A stretch of DNA of 64,000 bases, from NCBI GenBank assembly GCA_964016885.1, contig OZ024750.1, positions 1,488,001 to 1,552,000 on the forward strand. The letters run 5' to 3'. The translations under genes were made by a program, and so were the position numbers. A model generated the notes under the pieces. The model saw nothing but the letters and a program-made list of their open reading frames with translations, made no database searches and had not been told where the DNA came from. Every line of letters begins with the position of its first letter. Positions within the stretch are counted from its first letter, which is position 1. Origin of the DNA: Eledone cirrhosa (lineage: Eukaryota). This document shows positions 33,521 through 47,071 of the stretch, in pieces.

Positions 33521-34433
33521 TTATTATGTTGCTTTTCTCCATAAGTTATTTCATTCATTATCATAAGCAAAATTGAACAATTGAACAAGTAGACATTAAC
33601 AGCATACATAATATATTTATGAATGTTTCACAAACGGTTATGTAGTGCATCATTTTAATTTCATAAAACAGTCAAATGTTTCATAGATTATTCATGCAAA
33701 CTAAAAACTTCCCGAATAACAAGGATTCATTGCATTATCACAACAAACAATACAACAATTATGAAAGTAAATCGACAAAAATCAATATGGATTTTTAAAT
33801 TAAATCATCGCTAGAACATAGAAATTATAATAGCATCTAATGAAAATTAAATCATTTATATGATAACAACCATTAAAACGTAACTTTAATATACTAACCA
33901 CACCAGCTTCATTTATTAGTCCACAAGCATGATGCAAAATATACAACAGTCACTTATTACAGAGATGGGTCATATGGAAAATAAAACAATGTTAGAAACA
34001 GAGGAAATATATATTCTCTACATCCTAAATTGTAAAAAGTAATAAGGGCGGTAAAAATTGTTTTATATTTACTATAAAAAACGTAATTTAAACTATAAAA
34101 GATGAAATTTTAAAAATAAATTTATTTAAAACAAAGGATTCAATATAAATATTCAATCTACTTCATACATCCAACGGTAATTTTTGTTTTAGTATGATTG
34201 TGTCATATCCATTATAAAATGAAAAGTAGTAATTGCAAAAATGTGTTATGGATGTATGAGGTAGGAATTAATCAACTGTGTCAGAAGACAATTTTATATA
34301 AATGTAGAACATTGTTATAACACAATGCAATGAAGTGTAACTATATATATATGTATATATACATATATATATATATACATATGTATGTATGTATGTATCT
34401 ATCTATCTATGTAACTATGTATGAATAAAGAAA

Positions 34434-34467
<34 letters not shown>

Positions 34468-34762
34468 TATATATACACACACACATATATATATGTGTGT
34501 GTGAGTGTGTGTGTATGCGTGTGTGTAGTATATATGTAACCAAATTCTCCCTCTCTCTACATATCAATTACCACTAAACTCTCCCCCTCTCTATATCTAC
34601 ACAACATGTACATACATTATAGTGATTATATAAATAGATGTGTTTTGGTAATTTGCAGAGAAAAATATAATAATTGGAGGGGTGGTATTAACTCCACTGC
34701 CATCTCCAGTTCCACTGCCCCTGTATACACACACACATACACATACATATATATACATACAT

Positions 34763-34889
<127 letters not shown>

Positions 34890-34891
34890 CA

Positions 34892-34953
<62 letters not shown>

Positions 34954-35001
34954 CAGTTGTGTATAATGGTAGCTTAAGCGCTCTACTTGTGGAGGAGCGT
35001 A

Positions 35002-35072
<71 letters not shown>

Positions 35073-35076
<4 letters not shown>

Positions 35077-35382
35077 AGCGAGTAGGACCCCGACGGCTGA
35101 GCTCAAGCCGGAATAGCCGAGCTTCTCAAGGGGTAATTCCATATATGGTAAAAGTGATTGTCACAAGGATTGGTAAAAACTTTTGACCAATCCTTGTGAC
35201 AATCACTTTTACCATATATGGAATTACCCCTTGAGAAGCTCGGCTATTCAAATACCAGGATAAACATTTTCATTTAGTCCAGAATTAGGAACTCGTTCCT
35301 ATTACCCACTCTACTACCCTAAGTATTGAGTACTTTGGTGTGTTATGGTCCACCTGGTTCCTTACCACATTTCCTCCGTTAT
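35073..35382 (+). mobile_element. Family X element with 64-bp perfect hairpin (35111-35249) holding the HHR 5' half
   Basis: ACCCC-TTGAGAA-GCTCGGCTATTC at ~35226-35249. Same tail as the other X copies. TA flanks. Confidence 0.85.
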
Positions 35383-35525
35383 ATATATTAGAAAGTGAGG
35401 TTTTTTTTACAAAATGAAAAATAACCGAGGTGTCCTACACGAGTGGAAGTATAAAGAAAAAGGGATGGAATCGAAAATGCAACTGAAGTCTTATTTTTTT
35501 AAAAAATATATATATTTATTTGGTT

Positions 35526-35563
35526 CCTTTACCGGTTTCGCAGTTCTTCTGCTTTTCAAAAGG
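35526..35563 (-). ncRNA. Minimal type I hammerhead, U3:A8 core variant (family Z)
   Basis: Minus strand: CCTT-TTGAAAA-GCAG-aagaa-CTGC-GAAA-CCGG-TA-AAGG, then AATAAA. Palindromic stem III ACCGGT. Confidence 0.75.
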
Positions 35564-36235
35564 TGAGTTGAGATGGAGGGTCTGTGGTTTTTCTCACATC
35601 TGTGTGTGTGTGTGTGTGTGTACGTATTCAGTAAAATATTTGTTTTGGTAAAAACAGGTGTATTTAGGAGAAAGCTCTCTACATTTGTAGTGTGCAGTTA
35701 CAATGGAGATTCAGTACAAGAATGACATTAAGAAAGATGCTGTGATTACATACAGCGTTTATTCATTATAATTATTTCTGCAATCCAAGATGCAGTATTT
35801 ATATATAATGGACATCAACAAATATTAAAAATGACAAATAAATAAATACCCACGTATTTAAAAGTAATTCGAATCTTTTTTCTGTCTCGAGGCTTCTTCA
35901 AACAAAGAGAAAAATACAGATTTCGAAGATAATCAGACATAAACAATTTTATTAGAGATATGGACGAGAAAAAAGATTCATATGTGTGAGATGACGTTAG
36001 TAATGTGTTCCTGCTGATAGATTTTGGTGAGAAATTATATTTTTTTCATTTACAATTGAAAAGTAAATAAAATATTTATTCTAATCTTCCTTCTTTTTGG
36101 ATGTGTTCGTTTCATTTACAAATAAGGGAACTTGCTGGAAGTAGCTGGAAGTTGTTGGAAAATCTATCCTCTCATTTTCATATAATATTTGTTCAAATTC
36201 TTCAACGTTTCATTTGTAAGGGTTATTAGGTAGTA

Positions 36236-36460
36236 AGGCGGTGGATTGGCAGTATCGGTAGAGCGTCGGATGGCTTTGTGGCGTAGAGTCACGGCCCTTT
36301 ACGCACCGAGTTCAAATCTCGCAAGGGTTAGGTTTGAGTTACGAGGTCCACACGTCAAAGCACCATAAGATAAAGTACCAAAAACGCACAGGGGTCGATT
36401 TAGTCGACTTTATCTCCCCCGAAATTGTTGCCCCTCTGGCTAAATCAGAAACCGTTATTA
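36236..36460 (+). mobile_element. SINE S1 long subfamily, full length
   Basis: GGCGGTGGATTGGCAGTATCGGTAGAG head, B-box, 3' TCAGAAACCGTTATT. Confidence 0.85.
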
Positions 36461-36557
36461 TAATACAAGACATCTACTTTGCGGTTAAATTTGTTTTCGC
36501 CTTATTGCGCCTCATAAGTTCGAAAAACAACGCGTCGCCCGGTCCGAGAATCAAAAT

Positions 36558-36721
36558 AAATGCTTCTACTTTTGGCACAAGGCCAACAATTATCGCAGTG
36601 CATTACTGGTACTTTATAAGGATGAAAGGTAAAGTTAACCTCGGCGAGATTTGAACTCAGATAATAAAGGCCATAACTCTATGCTGCAAAGCATGGCGTC
36701 CGACCCTCTACCGATACTGCC
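36558..36721 (-). mobile_element. SINE S1 nested in a CORE-like S2 SINE (S2 parts 36722-36757 and ~36500-36556)
   Basis: Minus-strand flanks read GAAGGCGCGTGGATTAACGGTTA.. and ..GATTCTCGGACCGGGCGACGCGTTG, matching consecutive parts of S2 at 55838. Confidence 0.75.
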
Positions 36722-36754
36722 GATTCGAACATCGTAACCGTTAATCCACGCGCC

Positions 36755-36891
<137 letters not shown>

Positions 36892-38110
36892 AATAATATG
36901 TGAACAGTTAACACTCCACATGCAATCATAATTTGTATAGATGAAATCTGTTCTTGCTTTCTAGGTAATATCTATACATTAAAACATAACAAAAAAATGT
37001 CACGTAACTCATTGAAATTGTAAATGATTTCTTTTTCAACTAGTATAACTACATTTAATCTGATGCCACAATTTCACGTGGAGTCAGCTGTAATATATTG
37101 AACGGCTTTTATTATATTTCTTAATAATTTTAACTTCTTTTCCATGTGTATACCTTAGAAGGCGTTGTAGTAATTTGATCATAGTTATTTATAAAAACGA
37201 AATCTGTTCAATGTGTATATATATATATATATGTATGTGTCTGTGTTGTGTGTGTGTATGTGTATGTATATATATGAATAATATTTTCAATAGATTGAGA
37301 ATAAGTAGATTCGTATTTAGTATTTAGTATATATTTCTACACTAGTGTTCAGATCTAATCACGAGCATCAGCAAATATTTTCTGAGAGCAACCTGAAAGC
37401 ACACACAAACACACACACATATATATATATATCTATGTGTGTGTGTATGTTTGTGTGTGCGTGTATTCATTCTGTAGCAGCGGCATTTGAAAATATTAAA
37501 ATATCGAAGTAACTTTTTTCTATTTAAAGTCAATTCTGTAAAAGAATAATATTTTAGATTGGAAAATGTCTTTTGTCTTTTGCTTTGGTGGAAAATCCAG
37601 GAAATTCTCTGCGACTACAGCAGTATATTATTTGGTTGAGGCTTAACACAAACGTTATTTTTCATTCCAATGATTTCTAATGATGTTGAAGGAATGGATG
37701 AATTTGGATCAAATGGTGATAAAAAGGATTAGTTTCTGAAAAAGAAGGCCATTTACAATATATTCGATTAAAATTGATGTTCTTACTTTTATTTTTATTT
37801 TTTTTTTGCGAAATAAAGAAAGAATAATTCTTGTTCAGTAGACACGAGGCTACATTTGTAAAGAAAGTATAATAATGTATAGTCAGTTAAATCATTGGAT
37901 ATTTATCGACCTTAGAGAGATGAAACAGGGAATCGATCGAAGATACTGAACTAGAAAGCGGCATCAAATATGCTTCTATTGTTTATGTCACTTTGGTATT
38001 CTCATAAAGAAGAAGCGTTTCTAACAATATAACGTTGAGTCGAGTGCAGTTTCGATTGCTATTCCCCAGTTTTAAATACCAATTGAAATCAGACGTTGCT
38101 ATATATATAG

Positions 38111-38505
38111 GAGCAATAACATTAAGAAAGACATGATTTTGTTTTGAAAATGTTGAAAGTAGGTTTATAAGTATCAATTTTGATGAGATTTTCCTAGTTG
38201 TCTCTGTGGCCTAACGGTACTAGAGACGGTGGAAATCCTATCCTTGGGTTCAATCCTGGTCAAGAGGTACATATAACCTTTTTCAGTTTTTATTTTACAA
38301 CCCATAGAAAAAAACTCAAAAGGTTTACCGCGAACCCTACTCCCGACCAGGATCGAACTTCAGACCAGGACCACCACTGTCATTGATTCTTCCAACTAGA
38401 CCACCGAGACAGCTACAGAAGTATAATGAAAATTGATAATTATAAGCCTACTTTCAAAATCAAAGTTAAAAGATGTGGTGTCATTCATGGCTTTCCTAGA
38501 GCTAT
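38111..38505. repeat. Inverted pair of tRNA-like Pol III cassettes with conserved ~100-bp 5' flank
   Basis: Plus copy: GTGGCCTAACGG..GGTTCAATCC..T-runs. Minus copy: GTGGTCTAGTTGG..GTTCGATCC..T-runs. Shared flank TTGAAAGTAGG(T/C)TTATAA(G/T)TATCAATTTT. Confidence 0.75.
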
Positions 38506-38734
38506 TAGTAATATTTAGGGTCGACTTCTGGTCATTATTAAAAGTCTCTGGATTTAGCAAAATACATAATATTTTTTATTGGAGATGGTAAGATATTTTT
38601 CCACAAAAATTTGATTGTACTGTTTTGTTTCCACTTATGTATTTTTCGAAAATGTTATTTATTCATTATAACATTTAAATGATAGCATTCTATATGTAGG
38701 TGGGCCCTCTTCATCTGACAACCAATATTTTTAG

Positions 38735-38880
38735 ACCTAGTCCATCACTGTATATCTGGTTCGCGATTTCAGAGTCAGGTTTGATCACCACATCGATCGT
38801 GCCTCGAGCTGGACGCCCGAGAAACAATTGTAATATGTGCAATAAATTCCTTTCGTCGCAACACTGATTCTCTTTTTTCT

Positions 38881-38884
<4 letters not shown>
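38735..38884 (+). mobile_element. HHR element (paralogue of 58220), core deleted
   Basis: CAGAGTCAGGTT.GATC..CCTCGAGCTG..GAGAAACAATTGTAATA..AATAAA then (TA)n. Confidence 0.65.
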
Positions 38885-38937
<53 letters not shown>

Positions 38938-39010
38938 CCAATTATTGTAAGTTTGAATCTGACATGCAAAAACATACACCCAAAACATGCACCCAAATGA
39001 TTTAGAAGTA

Positions 39011-39212
39011 AGAGCATTAACATTAAGAAAGACATGAACGACACCACATGATTTTGTTTTGAATATTTTGAAAGTAGGTTTATAAGTATCAATTTTCATA
39101 AGATTTTCGTAGTTGTGTCTGTGGCCTAGCGGTAGGTACTAAAGACGGTAGAGATCCCGGCCTTGGGTTCAATCCTGGTCAAGAGGTACATGTAACATTT
39201 TTCACTTTTTAT
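39011..39212 (+). repeat. Third tRNA-like cassette with the same 5' flank
   Basis: Highly similar to 38111-38290. Confidence 0.8.
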
Positions 39213-39733
39213 ATAAATATATATATATATACCTGTGTGAGTGTAGATGGATACATAGATATAAATACACACACATATGTATATAGACAGAGAGAGAGGG
39301 AAATGGTGAATACCGTGAGATGCATCCATCCACATCACAGACTACAGGCATGACTCTTTTCTTCTTCCTATACATGTACTTGTAGTGATAAAAGTGATAC
39401 GTTCGTTCATATAAAAACATGAAATGTTTAGTGTTGAACTAGATTTTTATAGGATGAGGCGGGATTGTTCTCTATTTTGACAAGGCAGTTACCCAATTAG
39501 GTAAACTAAGTTCACAATATCTCAAATAGAGTAAGATTTCTATATAAGGTTTCGAGGTTTATCGATTATATCGATTTACACTGAATATGGTTTGTTGGTC
39601 ACTGATGTTATCTTTTTTCGATATCACAAGAATAGCTCAGATATATGCGTGTGCCATCAAGAATACACTGATTTATGTGTACGCGTTTACACAAACACAC
39701 AGATATAGAAACATGCCCCCCCCCCCACACACA

Positions 39734-39828
<95 letters not shown>

Positions 39829-39907
39829 TCATTTGTTTATCACCCAATAAAAAGAAAAGCCAATTTAATGGACGACCCTCTGGCCATCACTCATCACTTT
39901 GTTTCAA

Positions 39908-40082
39908 TAATTGTTTCTACTTTAGGCACAAGGCCAGCAATTACCCAGTGCATTACTGGTACTTTATTTTATCGACCCCGTAAGGATGAAAGGCAAAGTC
40001 AACCTCGGCGGGATTTGAACTCAGATCGTAAAGGGACGTAACTATGCTGGAAAGCATGGCGTCCGACCCTCTACCGATACTG
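39908..40082 (-). mobile_element. SINE S1, young copy
   Basis: Nearly identical to 6098-6285. Confidence 0.92.
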
Positions 40083-40494
40083 TAATGCCAACTAATTATC
40101 TCCTTAATAAAGTCGCAATATAATAAAATATTATGGATGTCATAATGCTAGAAATATATGTATTTATGCATAGATTCGTGGACAAATCATTTAAATGATA
40201 TATATCCATGCTATAGTCACCCACTTTCAATTTGAAGCAAATAATGTATATACACACATACTCTTTCTTATTGTTACACAATTGTTGTCGTACTACTGTT
40301 GATATTCTACATAAGTACCACTTATCATCACTTGCTGCTTTAATTCTATAATCTTCACCGGACTGCTTCACAAAGCCTCTCATGAAAACGGAATGCTTTA
40401 AGTTGTATACGAAATTCACCTATAAATTACTCACATTGGTCAAACGTTACAGTTGATTATTATAGTTATCCATATATTACAAATATATGCACAC

Positions 40495-40604
<110 letters not shown>

Positions 40605-42005
40605 CGATGTTCACTCATTTTCAGGACTTTCTCGTATAAAATGTTCGCATCTTTGCAAATGAAATGAAGACTTATATACCAAATATTTTTATCATATACG
40701 TAATTAACCAGGCCACAGAATGGTTACTAACTACACAAGTGTATTTAATGTGAAGAGAAGAGCGTTAAAGCAAAACAACGACTCATTTTCGTTTCGTTGG
40801 CTCTCTAAATCTTAAACTGTTTACCATGATTACCAGTTCAATTACCTCAGTCACAATTAAGAACAGTATAATACGTCTCAACAGAAATTGTACAAATTAA
40901 AAGCTAGAAAATAACACTTATTATTTTATTTGCAATGATTTCCACACATAGCCCTCCCGAAATGTCTACTTTTCTCTTCTAATTCGTACAATTTCCTTTT
41001 ATACGTTATCTTTTTTTCTTTAGTTTTGTCTCGTGTATCTATGTAAAACTTTTAACTTGGTCTGTAAAGAATCGATTCCATTTCTTTGCTGATATTTTCT
41101 CTTCGCCTTTCGGCACTAACTAAATTTAATTTCAGTTTGAGATGGTTGTGTAAAGGAGAAAGCGGTCGATTAACAACGACAAAGACATAATTAGTTGTCT
41201 AAAAGATTGTGCTGGACGTGGCTTTATATCTTTCCCAATAATGAACAGGAATAATATCTAATGTTACCTGATATTTGTATCTCACGTCACGAATAATTTT
41301 ATTGCATGAAAAAATTAATGAAAAGTTAACGTTTTTCTGGTGAATAATGTTTATAAGGATTTTATTTAAGACGTCTTCCAATCTGAACTGAAAATACCAG
41401 AGTTCAATTTGGATATCACCAAATTCTACTGTTGAAAGAAAGTCCATGTAGGCGTATAACACTATTGTATTTAGAACTTTTACCTCAATGTGTCACTAAT
41501 TTGATTAATGGCAACCGTTTCATTTTCTATGAGTGCTAAGCAAACCTCCTCTAAACATTATTTATTTAAGCTGAAATTCGGACGACTACACGATTTCCAG
41601 ACTCTACGTTTTGTCAGTAGAACCTCTACCTATTCACACAGTAACATGTATTTGTGAAACCAACACTATATACATACATATAAATACATAAATAAATATA
41701 TACATACATAAATACATGCATATAAAATACATACATAAACTCACACAATGAAAACAAAAAAAAAAGGTGAATAGTTTGGTGTTAAATAAATCCGTTGTTT
41801 TCTGAGAATGAAAGCCAGAATAAACGTGTGTTTTTCGAGGTTAATACTGATGCCAGCTTTGTGTTTTTGGCACAAATGTCCACGGTTGAGAAGGAAAGGA
41901 ACATCAAATCATATCTGGAGCAACTTCGAACCTTAAACGTCTGAGCTTTTCACGGCTAACTTCAGCTAGGTTTGGAAGATCATATGTATATATGTGAAAT
42001 AAACG

Positions 42006-42056
<51 letters not shown>

Positions 42057-45000
42057 GTCATATCGTTTTGGATATTTACAACAATTAATATTTCTGAATT
42101 CCCATTCCTTTTTCAACAAAAGCGACGCCATTGTTTCGTAATATCTCTTACAATCGAAGCATAGGATTACTACGAAAATCTTGTTATATCCATTGAGTGT
42201 ATATGAGAAATTTCCATAATCTGAATTGTCTGTCTCTCAGTTTCCTTTATATTATATAAAAGAACTGTGAACACATATGACTGAGATTGTTATCATTTCT
42301 TCAAAATTTGCTAATATTCAATTGCTAAGCTATACACCATCTGATACATTTATGTTATGTTATAGCTAAATAATATTTTAATTATTATTTAAGTTTATAT
42401 TTATATAGGAAACTATTATATAAGATTGTTTTATTGAATACTAATAAGGCTGAACCTCTATCGTAAGTCATACAGAATTTTAAACATCCTTGAAACTAAC
42501 ATTTTAATAAACGTCTCCTTGAAAGTAAAATTTAGGAACATTGGATGATAAAAGTACGGCGTTAAGCTCGTCAATTGTTTAAATAATGTGAGCCCTCGCA
42601 TATAGAGTACTTTACCACATGAAAACACTTTAGCTAGCATTCACACAAATCCATCACTAAAATATTCATTAATTTTTACATTATATTTATATTTTTCATT
42701 GTCAATGACATTTACATAAATAGCTTTACTTATTGTTAAGAGACAAGAATAGACAAAGGTTTGGTAGTGACATGTATTCTGAAGTTAATAATATATCATA
42801 GAGAATAAGGTAGTGTGAAATAAAATGGCGAATCTGTTCAGATATGATTGACGCAATGTATTTCAAGTCGGCGTTTCCAAGACACAACTTAAAACAAACA
42901 TCTTATTACTACTTGAGGGTGTGGTCCTTTTCATGTGATTTAACTTAGAAACAAATTAGACAAATCTTATTATTTTTTTTATTTTTGAAGTTAGCGAAAG
43001 TTTGAGATACTAATCTTATTATTAGATATTTTTATCGATCGATCGACGAGATACCTGGTATCATTCGCTTAACGGGTGGGCTGGAACTCCTCAAATCGAA
43101 CCAAGGAAACAATAAATTCATTGGTCGTTCCATTGCTGTTACTATCTACTAATGTTGGACCTCATTAATTATGAGGGGAATATAACGATTATAGAAAGGT
43201 AACATAGCATGCAATATTACTGGTACTTACAATAAGCATGTGTATTTAATCCGATTCACGATGGTTGTATATAGAAATACAGTTAACGGAGCCGCTGACG
43301 TGTCCAATATAAAACATTACCAAAGCACCATCATTAATCTAGAGTTCTCCCCGTGTACCATGTATTTGTAAATGTACGTATATGAAAATCATTGAAGTGT
43401 ATGATCTAAGATTCACACCTCCTTGCGGTTACTCGACATAGAATCCTAACCTCTTGACTACACTCTACATTATTTAAAATGCGATAAAACATTATACGCT
43501 GTAGTTCTTGATATGAATGCAAAATACTGAGTGACGTTTGATCATAGGTCTGCTCGATCAGGATGACCTGAGGCTAAATAAAAAAAGTAGCAACATACTT
43601 ATTGTGTTTGAGTAGTAACTTTAGATATATTGATGGTATGTTATATAAAGTTCTAACAATCATCGATATTTATTTTTCGTCTAGAATTCTGATATTTTAT
43701 TGTGAAGTTTAGTGTCAACGATGTAAAACTGTCTATAAAGCATGATTAATCATACAAGTAACTTTCACGCATGTATTCCTGTATACATGAACGTTGCGAG
43801 TTTGGGTGTTGGTGTGAAGTTATTTGTATACAAGTATAGATGTATCCTTGTGCTATTACGTCTTTACTAATGTAGACATTACCACAAGAATTTGATTGAT
43901 AATTTATCAGTCAGTCTTTTTTTTTGTTTTGTTTATGACTAATTTATAATGTCTGTAAGTTTATTTTAGCATCGTGATGTTTTATGTGGATTGTTTCTAA
44001 CATTAATATCTTATTTTTGTGGGGAAATCATTTCAATTGCAGCGTTCCAGTAGTAGAAACAAGACATAGCACTTTAAATGGTGTATTAAAAACATCCCAA
44101 GATGAAGCTAGCCGGTAATACTAGCTATTGTACTAAAGAAATTATTAGTGTTCTGTACTACAGAAGCAAATCTTTGTTGTCCACAAGGCAAATTAAATTA
44201 ACAGAAAATATCGAATATTATATAAATAAATCAAATTGATAATAATTATAGTTGATATGAATTTGATTTATCAAAGCCCATTTTAGAACACAACATGTAT
44301 TCACTGTAACCATAAACTAACAATAATAATAAGCTATAAAAAGACTAAAATTAAAACCCTTCTCATCATTAACAAACCATATAAAGCGATAAACAACCTA
44401 ATGACCAATTTCAGTTATAAATTAGATTGCAGACGTAAACGTCATAAGCAACACTACGTCAACTATTATATTGACCACGTACGAACGTCTCTTCCACGCC
44501 ATCTCTCTCTCTGTACACACACAGCCTAAATCAAAATCAGACAAAACAATCAGTGAACAACCCATCTGTACTTTACAAACTGTACTATAATATGCTAATA
44601 ATCGAATATGATCGTTCTAAATGAGTATTTGCACAGCATGCACCTCATTTTATATTGATTTGTTGTCATGCCGATATAATCTGTACCGTTCTGATTAGTA
44701 TTCAATATGGCAATACAAAGATATGTAAATGATTTTCATGGTAGTTCTTATTTACTGGGCATAACATTTGCATTTTCGAGAGCCTATATTGTTTGCGTCA
44801 AGGTAATTATAATTTATAATTTTCTACTTAATATTAATAAATAAAACTATGGTAGCGTTCAATTAGTTTTAAATGAGTTAACTTTGATTTGATTGACAAT
44901 TTTTCTAGAAATACGTTTCAGAAAACAACTTTAGTTTTAATAGATGGCGGAATATATATGACTACATCTGTAGACATATATGAAATATATAGTTTGATAT

Positions 45001-45476
45001 ATAGAAACAACCTAACGGATATTGCTTTCAAACATGTTACAAATGAAGACATAAAAACAATACAGTCAAACAGTAAACAATAGTCTCCGTCATTGACATT
45101 TCACTGAAAACATTTAATTTTGAAAGATATACGTCACTTAACTACGATGAAGATATTCATATAAAGATATTTGTTCATGCGTGTAATAGGTATGAGCATA
45201 TGTATGTACGTCTGTCCTTTCTACAGGGTTGTGTACATACACGCAAACATAGACACACAAACACACATGCACACACACATACTATGTTTCATTTCACTGG
45301 GTATGTTTCTATAACCGATTAACACGTATATATATATTCATATATATGCACATATACATATATATACGTGCATATATGTATATATATATATGTATATATA
45401 TATGTATACGATATATATGTATATGTGTGTATATATACGATATATATACATATATACGTATATACTGTATACATGC

Positions 45477-45562
<86 letters not shown>

Positions 45563-45669
45563 TATTTTCCGTTGTGTTGTAATATAAATATTACACACAG
45601 TAGATTATCAGCTCACGTAGAGTTTGCTCGACGGTTCCAGTTGTAGTTCCAAAACTAATCCGGAGAAAA

Positions 45670-46763
45670 ATAGAAGGATTTGAATGGATACAGTTTAGTT
45701 GAAAGGAATTTATTGACACGTGTTTCTATAACAGTTACATAACCTAAAACAGCTGCTATCTACAAACTTTTAGTTATGCAGACATTCAATATTTCAATGT
45801 TATTATTTACTGTCATTTCATCAGAATAATATTACTGAGGACCTATTTAGTTTTTATAGAGAATATTAGGAGGGAGGGGTGAAGTTGTTAGAAGAATAGT
45901 TGAAGGAGTGGTTTTTCGATAGCAGTGAGAATTCTTGGTGGCAGTGAGTAATTAGATTCCCATCTGTTGTTTTGACATTTTTTATAGAATATATTATTGG
46001 TTATTTTTCTAAATCTATAGAAGGATTAGAGATAGTAAAGATATGCGTGGTTGGTTTTGTGTTTGCACTTAATTAACATTCAGACTTAAATTTTTCTTTC
46101 AAGTGTACGTATCCTTTCACCCACGCATTCACACACAAATATATTTGCACACCTCTACAAAATACATATACTCACAATTCACATATTCATACTTACATAT
46201 ATATAGACATGCATACACATGTGTATGCATGTCTATATATATGTAAGTATGAATATGTGAATTGTGAGTATATGTATTTTGTAGAGGTGTGCAAATATAT
46301 TTGTGTGTGAATGCGTGGGTGAAAGGATACGTACACTTGAAAGAAAAATTTAAGTCTGAATGTTAATTAAGTGCAAACACAAAACCAACCACGCATATCT
46401 TTACTATCTCTAATCCTTCTATAGATTTAGAAAAATAACCAATAATATATTCTATAAAAAATGTCAAAACAACAGATGGGAATCTAATTACTCACTGCCA
46501 CCAAGAATTCTCACTGCTATCGAAAAACCACTCCTTCAACTATTCTTCTAACAACTTCACCCCTCCCTCCTAATATTCTCTATAAAAACTAAATAGGTCC
46601 TCAGTAATATTATTCTGATGAAATGACAGTAAATAATAACATTGAAATATTGAATGTCTGCATAACTAAAAGTTTGTAGATAGCAGCTGTTTTAGGTTAT
46701 GTAACTGTTATAGAAACACGTGTCAATAAATTCCTTTCAACTAAACTGTATCCATTCAAATCC

Positions 46764-46769
<6 letters not shown>
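45670..46769. repeat. Perfect spacer-less 1100-bp palindrome
   Basis: Centre CACA|TGTG at 46219/46220. Paired coordinates sum to 92439 at both the centre and the ends (no net indel). No mismatch seen by eye. Confidence 0.95.
46610..46729 (+). ncRNA. Hammerhead ribozyme with 91-nt stem II domain (mirror copy 45710-45829, minus)
   Basis: TTATT-CTGATGA-a-ATGACAGT...ACTGTTAT-a-GAAA-CACGTG-TC-AATAA. Palindromic stem III ACACGTGT. Inner helix GCATAACTAAAA/TTTTAGGTTATGT. Confidence 0.7.
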
Positions 46770-46800
<31 letters not shown>

Positions 46801-46804
<4 letters not shown>

Positions 46805-46860
46805 AACCAGTAAGACCCCGACAGCTGAGCTCAAGCCGTTTCGACGGCTAATTCTGGACC

Positions 46861-46904
<44 letters not shown>

Positions 46905-46977
46905 CGAAGGAATTGTGGTAAGGAACCAGAAGGATCATAACACACCAGAGTACTCAATACTTAGGGTAGTAGAGTGG

Positions 46978-46978
<1 letters not shown>
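46801..46978 (-). mobile_element. Family X element, two segments in permuted order separated by TA
   Basis: 46801-46860 (TAGGAACC..CTGGAC) precedes 46901-46978 (ATAACGAAGG..GAGTGG), the reverse of their order at 7911 and 58408. Confidence 0.85.

Positions 46979-47071
<93 letters not shown>

Noticed and set aside
38197-38270. Functional tRNA gene
   Set aside because: A/B boxes are present, but I could not build a convincing cloverleaf or anticodon arm, so it is reported only as tRNA-like.
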